Positions 18,937 through 27,181 of a stretch of DNA of 36,174 nt are shown one piece after another. The notes beneath the pieces are model-generated. The model did not search any database. It worked only from the letters and a program-made list of their open reading frames with translations, and was not told the DNA's origin. The DNA comes from a candidate division NPL-UPA2 bacterium (GTDB lineage Bacteria > Bacillota > UBA994). The first letter of the stretch is position 1, and every line of letters starts with the position of its first letter. The position numbers and the translations under genes were made by a program. The DNA lies in contig QLUB01000001.1 in NCBI GenBank assembly GCA_018725205.1, positions 1 through 36,174 of the forward strand, given 5' to 3'.

Positions 18937-19013
18937 AATTTACAGGAATCAGGTTAACAGGTTATGCTATCTAGGCGGCGAAACCTTCTGTACACCACAG
19001 AAGGAGGTCAAAA

Positions 19014-19319
19014 ATGCGAAAACTACTTGCGGCTACCCTTGTGTTCACTCTGTTACTGCTGCCTATCTCCAGTTTGGCCGCTGAGCCAATCGGACAGCAG
19101 ATCGCTCGCCTAGCCCTAGAACAACGAGGGGTGCCTTTTCGATTTGGCGGTGAAAGCCCCGATGGTTTTGATGCCTCAGGGCTCTTGGTGTATGTGTTCG
19201 GGCAGTTTGGGGCAGGTTTGCCTAGGACAACTGCCGAGCAAGCGACTGTTACCGCGGTGCGAGGCGTCTGCCTGAGTCTGCCTTCACCTTGCCCCCTAGA
19301 CCTGATACAGCCACGCTAA
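19014..19319 (+). CDS. signal peptide plus degenerate N-terminal half of an NlpC/P60 domain; probably the 5' part of a frame-disrupted gene
   Basis: SD AAGGAGG at 19001-19007. Signal peptide is MRKLLAATLVFTLLLLPISSLAAEP. GVPFRFGGESPDGFDASGLLVYVFGQFGAGLPRTTAEQ matches the first half of a P60 domain, but Ala (GCC 19173-19175) stands where the catalytic Cys belongs. The ORF ends before any catalytic His. Confidence 0.6.
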   Translation: MRKLLAATLVFTLLLLPISSLAAEPIGQQIARLALEQRGVPFRFGGESPDGFDASGLLVYVFGQFGAGLPRTTAEQATVTAVRGVCLSLPSPCPLDLIQPR

Positions 19320-19675
19320 TCCTCGCTACCGCCGAGGAGCACTTAGGTACACCTTACGTGTTCGGTGCTGACGGCCCGGAGAGCTTCGATTGCTCCGGCT
19401 TTACGCGTTTCGTTTTCGCTCAGCACGACATTGCCATTCCACGTACTTCCATTAGCCAAGCGTCGGCTGGGGTTAGAGTGGCCATTGCCGGGAGGCGTAA
19501 GGGAGACATTTTAGTCTTTGTGGATACCTGGCGTCCGGGAATCTCGCATGTGGGTATCTACATGGGGGAAGGACAGTTTATCCATGCCACTACGCGTGAG
19601 GGTGTGAGTTACGCAAACCTAAGCAGCACCTACTGGGGGACAAGGCTGCACAGCGTGCGGCGCGTTATACCGTAG
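19289..19675 (+). CDS. NlpC/P60 family cell-wall peptidase domain (complete catalytic domain, no signal peptide or SD of its own)
   Basis: GTPYVFGADGPESFDCSGFTRFVFAQHDIAIPRTSISQ...GDILVF...ISHVGIYMGEGQFIHAT has the Cys and His residues in canonical spacing. This frame is open from 19226 and overlaps the upstream ORF in the -1 frame. Confidence 0.75.
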   Translation: MPPRPDTATLILATAEEHLGTPYVFGADGPESFDCSGFTRFVFAQHDIAIPRTSISQASAGVRVAIAGRRKGDILVFVDTWRPGISHVGIYMGEGQFIHATTREGVSYANLSSTYWGTRLHSVRRVIP

Positions 19676-19733
19676 AATTGGTCACCGGTCGTTAGTCGCA
19701 GGTCACTCTGTGGACGCTGGCTTTCAGCGCTGC

Positions 19734-19762
19734 AAAAACCGCGTGTTCACACGCGGTTTTTC
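19734..19762 (+). terminator. Rho-independent terminator after the P60 gene (A-tract/stem/T-tract, potentially bidirectional)
   Basis: aaaaa-CCGCGTG-ttca-CACGCGG-ttttt: 7-bp GC-rich stem 19739-19745 / 19750-19756, 4-nt loop, T5 at 19757-19761. Confidence 0.75.
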
Positions 19763-19772
19763 CTGTTATAAT
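19746..19772 (+). promoter_or_regulatory. candidate extended -10 promoter for dprA-topA
   Basis: TGtTATAAT at 19764-19772 is a perfect extended -10. TTCACA at 19746-19751 is a possible -35 with a short 15-nt spacer. It lies 34 nt upstream of the dprA ATG and overlaps the terminator hairpin. Confidence 0.4.
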
Positions 19773-19805
19773 TACGAAAGACAGTCGGAGGGAGACAAGC
19801 CCAGT

Positions 19806-20855
19806 ATGGAGAGACGACAGGCCCTAGCGATAATAGCCAAAGTGCGCAGTGTGAGATACACCCAAGTGTCTCACCTTGACTTCGCTCACTTCCCCCTTTA
19901 CTCAGCTGACAGCTGGCATGAAGCGGGTTTGTCTCGTTCTGCTGCCCTAGCCGTTGTGAAGGCGTTTCAGGAACAGGACCATGACCCTCTGTTACAGGCA
20001 AGGGCGAGAGCGATCGTCATTGGTGACCCAGATTATCCACCTACCCTAAACCACCTCTACTCTCCGCCATTGGTCCTCTACGTGCGCGGGCAGCTTGAGG
20101 CAGAACGAGGGGTGGCGGTGGTGGGCACGCGCAAGGCTACGCCATACGGCAGGCAGGCAGTGGAAATGGTGGTGCCTGTGCTTGTTGCCGCTCTACACAC
20201 GGTGGTGAGCGGCCTAGCGCGCGGCATTGACACGTTAGCACATGGCGTTGCGCTGCGCTGTGGCGGGAAAACCATAGCCGTCATGGGTCGCGGCCTAGAC
20301 GCTATTTATCCCCGCGAAAACTCGCTGCTCGCGGAGAAGATTGTGGAACAGGGAGGAGCCCTAGTGAGTGAGTACAGGGAGGGAACTCCGCCGCTTGCTG
20401 GCCATTTCCCCGCGCGGAACCGGATCATTAGCGGTCTGTCGCGCATCTGTCTAGTTATAGAGGGCGATATGGGCAGCGGGGCGCTGATTACCGCCGAACA
20501 CGCGCTGGAGCAGGGGAAAGAGGTTTTGGCGGTGCCGGGCAGCATTTTCAGCCCGCAGAGCAGAGGCACCAATTACCTTATCGCACAGGGAGCGACACCA
20601 CTCCTTGATCCAAATGTAATCTACGAAACGTTAGGTACCCCCGCCAAGCCGCTAGAAGCCCCGACTACGCTTGAGCTCAGGCCTGAGGAATCGCTTGTTC
20701 TTATGGCACTAAGCACGGAACCCCTGAGTGTAGACGAAGTTTGTATGCATACGGGGCTTCCCGTAGCCGTGGCTGCTGCTGCTTTGACTGCGCTAGAGGT
20801 AGCAGAAGCAATTGAACGCCTGCCGGGTGGTGCCTACTTGCGGCTACGCGGATAA
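19806..20855 (+). CDS. dprA: DNA processing protein DprA (Smf)
   Basis: Contains VAVVGTRKATPYGRQA, VSGLARGIDTLAHGVAL and GHFPARNRIISGLS. I place the start at ATG 19806 behind SD GGAGGGAG. The track start at 19710 would run through the terminator. Confidence 0.9.
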   Translation: MERRQALAIIAKVRSVRYTQVSHLDFAHFPLYSADSWHEAGLSRSAALAVVKAFQEQDHDPLLQARARAIVIGDPDYPPTLNHLYSPPLVLYVRGQLEAERGVAVVGTRKATPYGRQAVEMVVPVLVAALHTVVSGLARGIDTLAHGVALRCGGKTIAVMGRGLDAIYPRENSLLAEKIVEQGGALVSEYREGTPPLAGHFPARNRIISGLSRICLVIEGDMGSGALITAEHALEQGKEVLAVPGSIFSPQSRGTNYLIAQGATPLLDPNVIYETLGTPAKPLEAPTTLELRPEESLVLMALSTEPLSVDEVCMHTGLPVAVAAAALTALEVAEAIERLPGGAYLRLRG

Positions 20856-20891
20856 AGACAGGGCTAAAGAGGCAAAGTGAAGTGTAAGTGA

Positions 20892-22976
20892 TTGACTGAG
20901 GTGATTTATCTGCCGAAATATCTCGTGATTGTGGAGTCTCCCGCAAAAGCCAAAACCATCACCAAGTACCTTGGCACCAAGTACGCCGTTAAAGCGTCCT
21001 ATGGACATCTGCGTGACTTGCCTAAGAGTCAGCTAGGTGTGGACATTGACAACGGTTTTGCTCCTAAGTACATAACCATTAGGGGTAAGGGTGATACGGT
21101 GAAAGAACTACGCGAAGCGGCCAAGAAAGCGGACAGGGTGTTTCTGGCCACAGACCCTGACCGAGAGGGCGAGGCTATTTCGTGGCACTTGGCGCATACC
21201 TTAGACCTTAACTTAGAGGGCGCGCTGCGTGTTACTTTTAATGAGATTACCCCGTCAGCTGTACAAAACGCCTTCAAACAACCCCGGCGCATTGACAAGG
21301 ATCTAGTGGACTCCCAACAGGCGAGACGAATCCTTGACCGTATCGTGGGGTACAAGCTGTCCCCGCTGCTGTGGGCAAAGGTAAGAAAAGGTCTCAGCGC
21401 AGGTCGCGTGCAGTCTGTGGCAGTGCGTCTGATTGTCGACCGCGAAAGGGAGATTGGGGCCTTTCAATCTAAGGAATACTGGACATTGCAGGCGTCGCTT
21501 AGACCTAGCCTAGCCAAGCCCTTTCAGGCGAAGTTGATCGGTCGCGAGCTTAGTAGCGAGGCGGAGGTCGACCATCTGTCCTCAGTGCTGCAAAGTCTGC
21601 CATTTGTAGTGAGGGCAGTAAAACAGACTGAGAAGGAACGCAAACCATCCCCACCCTTTAACACGAGCACCCTCCAGCAGGAGGCGGCAAAGCGGCTGGG
21701 GTTTTCTGCTAAACGCACCATGCGCATCGCTCAAACTCTCTATGAAGGGGTTGAGTTGGGGAAAGAGGGCGCAGTGGGACTGATAACCTACATGCGCACG
21801 GACAGCACGCGCCTCGCGGAGGAAGCCTTGTCAGCTGCGGAGGCCTATGTTAGAACGCACTTTGGGCCGCCTTACCACTCTCTACGGCAGTATGCGTCTA
21901 AGCGCGGCCCTGGCGTAAATTCACAGGATGCGCATGAGGCTATCCGCCCGTCCTATGTGGACCGCAAACCAGACGATCTCAAAGCAGCCTTGTCAACAGA
22001 GCAATACAGGCTGTATAAGCTGATTCACGACCGTTTCTTGGCCTCACAGATGTCTAACGCGAGGTTTGACACCGTGCAGGTGGACATCCAAGCAGGTGAT
22101 CACGCGTTTCGCGCGGTTGGCTCGCGCCTAGTATTCCCGGGTTACTTGGCACTGTACGAAGAAGAGAGCGACGATGAAGAGGCCAAAGAAGCCGGTGAAC
22201 TCCCTGTTTTACAAGTTGATCAGGCGTTGTCCCTCGTCAAACTTATGCCTAAACAGCACTTTACCCAGCCCCCACCCCGTTATACAGAAGCCTCGCTAAT
22301 TAAAGCACTAGAAGAGGGGGGAATTGGGAGGCCCAGCACCTATGCGCCCATCCTCGACACCATTCAGGCGCGCGGCTACGTAGGCAAAGAGCAGAAGCGC
22401 TTTATAGCCACCGAACTGGGACAGGTAGTAGTGGACATTCTGACTGAGCACTTTCCGGAACTAGTAGAAGTTAAGTTTACCGCCGCAATGGAGAACAAGC
22501 TTGATGCCATAGAGCATGGGCAAACTACAGCCGTAGACGTCTTGCGCGAGTTCTATGCGGTCTTTGCTGAGCAGTTGGAGAAAGCCCTAGTGGGTGTCGA
22601 AAAAATAGAGGTCGCAGACGAAGTGACGGACGAGATCTGCTCCCTCTGCGGTCGCAACATGGTCATAAAGGATGGGCGTTTCGGGAAGTTTCTTGCCTGC
22701 CCCGGCTTTCCGGCGTGTCGCAATACTAAGCCTTTACTTAAACCCATCGGGGTATCGTGCCCGGTATGCGCGGGCAACATCGTCGAACGTCGCAGCAAGC
22801 GGGGACGTGTGTTTTTTGGCTGTTCAAACTATCCTAACTGCGGCTTTGTGGTGTGGCAAAAACCCAATGAAACGCCGTGTTCGCGTTGCGGGGCCTTTAC
22901 TGTCGAGAAGAAGCGCCGTTCTGGTGAGGTCTACAGTGTCTGTGGCAACCCTGCCTGTGGAGCTGTTAACAAATGA
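20892..22976 (+). CDS. topA: DNA topoisomerase I
   Basis: Toprim motif LVIVESPAKAKTI. Active-site Tyr context is GLITYMRTDSTRL. Three C-terminal Cys4 zinc ribbons (CSLCG...CPGFPAC, CPVCAG...CSNYPNC, CSRCG...CGNPAC). The exact start (TTG 20892) is uncertain. Confidence 0.93.
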   Translation: MTEVIYLPKYLVIVESPAKAKTITKYLGTKYAVKASYGHLRDLPKSQLGVDIDNGFAPKYITIRGKGDTVKELREAAKKADRVFLATDPDREGEAISWHLAHTLDLNLEGALRVTFNEITPSAVQNAFKQPRRIDKDLVDSQQARRILDRIVGYKLSPLLWAKVRKGLSAGRVQSVAVRLIVDREREIGAFQSKEYWTLQASLRPSLAKPFQAKLIGRELSSEAEVDHLSSVLQSLPFVVRAVKQTEKERKPSPPFNTSTLQQEAAKRLGFSAKRTMRIAQTLYEGVELGKEGAVGLITYMRTDSTRLAEEALSAAEAYVRTHFGPPYHSLRQYASKRGPGVNSQDAHEAIRPSYVDRKPDDLKAALSTEQYRLYKLIHDRFLASQMSNARFDTVQVDIQAGDHAFRAVGSRLVFPGYLALYEEESDDEEAKEAGELPVLQVDQALSLVKLMPKQHFTQPPPRYTEASLIKALEEGGIGRPSTYAPILDTIQARGYVGKEQKRFIATELGQVVVDILTEHFPELVEVKFTAAMENKLDAIEHGQTTAVDVLREFYAVFAEQLEKALVGVEKIEVADEVTDEICSLCGRNMVIKDGRFGKFLACPGFPACRNTKPLLKPIGVSCPVCAGNIVERRSKRGRVFFGCSNYPNCGFVVWQKPNETPCSRCGAFTVEKKRRSGEVYSVCGNPACGAVNK

Positions 22977-24304
22977 ACTCGAAATCGGTAACAGTGATTG
23001 GTGGAGGACTAGCCGGTGCCGAGGCCGCCTGGCAACTAGCGCGTCAGGGTGCCGCAGTCACGCTTTACGAGATGCGTCCTAAGCTGAGTACAGGCGCACA
23101 TCATACAGCGTTGCTTGCGGAACTTGTGTGCAGCAACTCCTTGCGTGCCGCCGATTTGGGCAATGCGGTTGGCCTTCTCAAGGAAGAGCTGCGGCAATTG
23201 GATTCCCTAATTATGCGTGCAGCCGCGGCAACGGAAGTGCCTGCGGGAGGAGCAACTGCGGTTGACCGCACCGAGTTTGCGCAGTTCGTGACGCGCGCAG
23301 TAGAGAGTCACCCGCTGATTACTGTGTGCCGCCAAGAGATAACGGAGCTCCCTAAGAGCGGTACAGTCATTGTAGCTTCCGGTCCACTGACCTCAAGCGC
23401 ATTGGCGGAGCATCTGCGCCAAGCCCTAGAAGCTCCCTACCTAGCCTTTTTCGACGCGGCGGCCCCGATTGTACTGGCGGACTCCATCGATATGAGTCAG
23501 GCATTTATGGCCTCTCGGTATGGGAAAGGGGAAGCCGCTTATATAAACTGCCCGCTTAACGAAGAAGAGTACGACCGCTTTTATCAGGCGCTGATTGCTG
23601 CTGAGCGCCAGCAGCTGAGTGATATAGACACCACAGCGTGCTTTGAAGGCTGTATGCCGATTGAGTCGATGGCCGATAGAGGGAGGGATACACCGTTGTT
23701 TGGCCCGCTGAAGCCGGTGGGACTTACTGATCCTAGGACCGGTAAGCGTCCGTTCGCGGTGTTGCAACTGCGGCAGGACAATCGTGGCGCGACCATGTAC
23801 AACCTTGTCGGCTTTCAGACTAGACTCACTTGGCGCGAACAGAAACGCGTATTTAGTCTGATACCCGCCCTGCGCCATGCCGAGTATGTGCGCTTCGGTG
23901 TAATGCATCGCAACACTTTCATCGATTCCCGTTCCGTACTCTGGCCGACTTTGCAGTGGCGCAAAGACGCGCGGGTTTTCTTTGCGGGCCAAGTAACAGG
24001 CGTAGAGGGTTATGTGGAGTCGGCTGCGACTGGCTTAGTGGCAGGCATTAATGCCTATCGGTTCGCTCAGGGTATGGAGCCGCTGGTCCTGCCCGTCGTA
24101 ACCGCGCACGGTGCTCTCATCAATTACATCACGGAACACTCCCCCTCGCCTCTGCAGCCGATGAATGTGACTTTTGGCCTTTTCCCACCCCTTGCTTCTC
24201 CTCCGCGCGAGCGCAGATTGCGTAACCTTGCCTACGCCGAGCGAGCTATGCGAGAATTAACAGAGTTTTTCTGCAAACACAGCCCCAACTGCTTGTGTGG
24301 TTAG
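22973..24304 (+). CDS. trmFO: methylenetetrahydrofolate--tRNA-(uracil-5-)-methyltransferase TrmFO (Gid)
   Basis: FAD motif VTVIGGGLAGAEAAWQLA. Contains LVCSNSLR and MYNLVGFQTRLTW. The ATG overlaps the topA stop (ATGA). Synteny dprA-topA-trmFO supports the call. Confidence 0.9.
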   Translation: MNSKSVTVIGGGLAGAEAAWQLARQGAAVTLYEMRPKLSTGAHHTALLAELVCSNSLRAADLGNAVGLLKEELRQLDSLIMRAAAATEVPAGGATAVDRTEFAQFVTRAVESHPLITVCRQEITELPKSGTVIVASGPLTSSALAEHLRQALEAPYLAFFDAAAPIVLADSIDMSQAFMASRYGKGEAAYINCPLNEEEYDRFYQALIAAERQQLSDIDTTACFEGCMPIESMADRGRDTPLFGPLKPVGLTDPRTGKRPFAVLQLRQDNRGATMYNLVGFQTRLTWREQKRVFSLIPALRHAEYVRFGVMHRNTFIDSRSVLWPTLQWRKDARVFFAGQVTGVEGYVESAATGLVAGINAYRFAQGMEPLVLPVVTAHGALINYITEHSPSPLQPMNVTFGLFPPLASPPRERRLRNLAYAERAMRELTEFFCKHSPNCLCG

Positions 24305-24325
24305 AGCAAGCATGATAAGATTTGG

Positions 24326-25207
24326 GTGGTGATGCGGATGGACAACCATATAGACCATTATTTGCTGAACCTGCGTGTTGCGAGAGGCTGCAGCGAGAAA
24401 ACTGTGAGCAGTTATGCCCTTGATTTACACCAGTTTAAGGAGTTTATCGGGGACAAGTCCATGCACGCTTTGGTGACCGCTGATGTGCGGAGATTTGTTG
24501 CGCAGCTAGCCAAGCGCGGCTATGCCAAGAGCTCTCTGGCTCGGAAGATTTCGTGCCTGCGTTCGTTCTTTGCCTTCCTAATGCTGACGGACGCAGCAAC
24601 TAGAAACCCTGCGGCAGCCGTAGATCTACCTAGGCACAGGCGAGCTCTGCCGACGGTGCTTTACGAGGGCGATGTAGATAGGCTTCTATCGTCAGTCGCG
24701 GGCGAGAAGCTCGTGGCAAGGGACCGCGCATTGCTCGAGCTCCTCTATGCTACGGGGTGTCGAGCCAGTGAGATTGCGGGCCTTAAGTTGGCTGATATTG
24801 ACTGGGAAGCCTGCACGCTCAGGGTCATGGGCAAGGGCGCAAAAGAGCGCATTGTCCCGTTTGGCAAGATAGCTGCACAGCATTTGCAGGCGTACATCGC
24901 AGGGTTGCGCACGCAGCTCGTGACCGACAAGGTCAATCACGTTTTTGTCAACTACCGGGGAAGCCCCTTAAGCAGGCGCAGCTTAGGCCGCATCGTGGAC
25001 AAGTACGTGCGCCAAGGGGACTTCACCGGAGTGACCCCGCACGCCTTGCGCCACAGCTTTGCTACGCATTTGCTCGACAATGGCGCAGACCTGCGTGTTG
25101 TACAGGAGCTCTTAGGACACACTTCGATCTCTACAACCCAGGTGTATACCCATGTGTCCGGCGAGAGAATTAAGGCTGCGTACAACAAAGCACATCCCCG
25201 GGCGTAA
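24326..25207 (+). CDS. xerC: tyrosine recombinase XerC/CodV type
   Basis: Catalytic set: ATGCRASE (Arg), HALRHSFATHLL (His-x-x-Arg...His), LGHTSISTTQVYTHV (His, Tyr). Position after trmFO matches codV in B. subtilis. Several in-frame starts are possible (24326/24332/24338). Confidence 0.88.
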   Translation: MVMRMDNHIDHYLLNLRVARGCSEKTVSSYALDLHQFKEFIGDKSMHALVTADVRRFVAQLAKRGYAKSSLARKISCLRSFFAFLMLTDAATRNPAAAVDLPRHRRALPTVLYEGDVDRLLSSVAGEKLVARDRALLELLYATGCRASEIAGLKLADIDWEACTLRVMGKGAKERIVPFGKIAAQHLQAYIAGLRTQLVTDKVNHVFVNYRGSPLSRRSLGRIVDKYVRQGDFTGVTPHALRHSFATHLLDNGADLRVVQELLGHTSISTTQVYTHVSGERIKAAYNKAHPRA

Positions 25208-25271
25208 GTCTATTGAGCTTTACGCAGTGTGGCATCAGTCTAACGAGTTAAGTAGTCTAGGAGGTAAGAGC

Positions 25272-26045
25272 ATGGGTCTATTAGAAAAAACACGCAAGCT
25301 GAACAAGGTTCTACAACAGGGAGCAGGGGACGCGGTACGATTCAGTGACTTAGCGCAGCTGTTTGGTCACGTCTTTCGCGCGAACACGTACATTCTCAAC
25401 ATCCGTGGCAAGCTTTTGGGGGTAGCGCTGATTGACGACTACGAGTGTGACTTGCTTAAGCGACATGTCCGCTCCGGCCGTTTCCCGGCGGACTACAACG
25501 ACAAAATACTCTCAATCACCGAGAGCAACATCAACTGTCGAGAAACCGAGAACTGCGTGTTTGACGCTTCGGAGTGCCAACATACCCGTAAGTTAACCAC
25601 CATAATTCCTGTCGTCGGCAGAGGTGAGAGGCTCGGCACAATGCTCATAGCCCGCTTTGATGAGCCTCTAAACGACGATGACGTGGCTTTGGCTGAATTT
25701 GGCGCAACCATTCTGGCTATGGAGATTCTCAGAGCGCGCCAAGAATTAGCCAGCCAAGAGTCAAGACAGCGCGCGGTAGTGGAGATGGCGGTGGATGCTC
25801 TGTCCTACTCCGAGCTAGAAGCCATTGAGCACATCATCCGTGAGCTGGGCACTGAGAGCGAGGGACTGCTGGTAGCCAGTAAAATTGCCGACCAGGCTGG
25901 CATCACCCGCTCAGTGATTGTGAACGCCCTGCGTAAGCTCGAAAGCGCCGGTGTCATTGAATCTCGCTCGCTGGGTATGAAGGGAACTTACATCAAAGTT
26001 CTCAACAACAAGCTCCTTGAAGAGATGGCCAAGCAGGGGCATTAG
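25272..26045 (+). CDS. codY: GTP/BCAA-sensing global regulator CodY
   Basis: N-terminus MGLLEKTRKLNKVLQ. C-terminal wHTH is ASKIADQAGITRSVIVNALRKLESAGVIESRSLGMKGTYIKVLN. ATG 25272 follows SD AGGAGG. The track start at 25152 lies inside xerC. Confidence 0.93.
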   Translation: MGLLEKTRKLNKVLQQGAGDAVRFSDLAQLFGHVFRANTYILNIRGKLLGVALIDDYECDLLKRHVRSGRFPADYNDKILSITESNINCRETENCVFDASECQHTRKLTTIIPVVGRGERLGTMLIARFDEPLNDDDVALAEFGATILAMEILRARQELASQESRQRAVVEMAVDALSYSELEAIEHIIRELGTESEGLLVASKIADQAGITRSVIVNALRKLESAGVIESRSLGMKGTYIKVLNNKLLEEMAKQGH

Positions 26046-26055
26046 GACAAGCTCC

Positions 26056-27027
26056 TTAAATTCGCAGTGAGCGCTGTAAGGCATTCTGCAGCAAATGGTT
26101 TATTAGTTGCTCATAGGATAGCCCTCCTGCAAGCGCAGCTTTGGGGTAGTCGCTATAGCCCGGCTCAATGCCGGGCAATGTGTTCACGTCAATAACATAG
26201 GGCACCCCACTGGCGTCAACACGTACATCAATGCGGGCGTAATCGCGGCAGCCGAGGGCGTTGAAGGCGTCAAGAACAACATCTCCTATCCTTTGTAGCA
26301 GTGCGGGGTGAATGTCCGCCGGGCACTTGGTTTCTACTGCATCGCGTGACTTTACTTGTTGGGTGTAGAAATCACCGCTGCCAGTAAACATAATTTCTAC
26401 AGGTGGGAGAATTCGCGCGATGGGTGCTTCAAGTACTCCTACGGTAAATTCGCGTCCGGCAACAAATTCCTCGACGAGAGCAGGCTGCCTAAACTGCTGA
26501 ATCACTTGCTCGGAGATAGTTCTTGCTTCACGGGGGGATAAAGCTACGCTCTTGGCTGAGATGCCAATGCTTGAGCCCTCGCGTTCCGGCTTGACAATAA
26601 CTGGGTAACTCAGTCCAATTGGCAAATCGTCGTCAAATTTATCTATTACCACAAAGGCAGGTGTGGGCACGCCATGAAAAGACAGCACCTTTTTAGCCAG
26701 TGGCTTGTATAGTGCTAGTGTGTGAGCTGTCTGACCGCTGCCCGTGAACGGGATTTTGGAGAGCTCTAAGAGGCCTGCAATTTGCGGCTGACTGGACTTA
26801 TCGTTGATCCCGGTGCAGTTGTTAAAGATCACGTCAGGGCGCAACTCGAACAGCTTGTTAAGTAAATTGAAGTCGCCAGGAATTAGATATGGGTAGTGCC
26901 CCAACGCTTCAATTGCCCGTTTAAGAGCGTCGTTGGTTTTGCCCAGTTGCTCGGCACCGTGGGGGTTAGCTATGCCGTGTGGGTGGTTTGCTTCTACTGT
27001 GTAGACGATTGCTATGCGGAGGCTCAT
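26056..27027 (-). CDS. D-alanine--D-alanine ligase family ATP-grasp enzyme (substrates unknown)
   Basis: C-terminal half is EEFVAGREFTVGVLE...CRDYARIDVRVDASGVPYVIDVNTLPGIEPGYSDYPKAALAGGLSYEQLINHLL, the Ddl-type ATP-grasp pattern. The N-terminus lacks the canonical Ddl GG-S-EHEVS motif. SD GGAAGGAG lies 8 nt upstream of the ATG on the minus strand. Confidence 0.8.
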   Translation of the reverse strand: MSLRIAIVYTVEANHPHGIANPHGAEQLGKTNDALKRAIEALGHYPYLIPGDFNLLNKLFELRPDVIFNNCTGINDKSSQPQIAGLLELSKIPFTGSGQTAHTLALYKPLAKKVLSFHGVPTPAFVVIDKFDDDLPIGLSYPVIVKPEREGSSIGISAKSVALSPREARTISEQVIQQFRQPALVEEFVAGREFTVGVLEAPIARILPPVEIMFTGSGDFYTQQVKSRDAVETKCPADIHPALLQRIGDVVLDAFNALGCRDYARIDVRVDASGVPYVIDVNTLPGIEPGYSDYPKAALAGGLSYEQLINHLLQNALQRSLRI

Positions 27028-27181
27028 TCTACCGGCTCCTTCCTAATCCTTGGTAAGTTAATTTCTAGTGCGGCCTAACATTGTCCTGCCTAGAGCTATA
27101 GAAACCTGTAAGGAGTGGATTAAGAATTTTCAGTGAGAGTCTGCCTTAGTCTGACTATAACTAAGAAGGAGGAGTAGTGTA

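Noticed and set aside
18934-19013. A sigma-28 (TAAA-N15-GCCGATAT) promoter upstream of the P60 autolysin gene
   Set aside because: TAAA is present at the fliY stop, but the sequence 15 nt downstream (GTTAACAG) matches the -10 consensus at only about 3 of 8 positions.
22672-23992. 136-aa plus-strand ORF (22672-23082) overlapping the topA/trmFO junction, and 183-aa minus-strand ORF (23441-23992) antisense to trmFO
   Set aside because: Both are alternative-frame or antisense ORFs inside strongly supported genes. They have no motifs and no ribosome-binding sites.
24326-25207. Tyrosine recombinase as a marker of an integrated mobile element next to the accessory locus
   Set aside because: It sits in the conserved dprA-topA-trmFO-codV/xerC-codY synteny and looks like the housekeeping Xer recombinase. 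No att-like repeats, phage genes or transposase genes are nearby.
27028-27181. A cobalamin riboswitch upstream of the dehydrogenase / B12-domain operon
   Set aside because: The region is only 154 nt and is shared by two divergent genes. I find no B12-box-like element. It is too short for the riboswitch fold.
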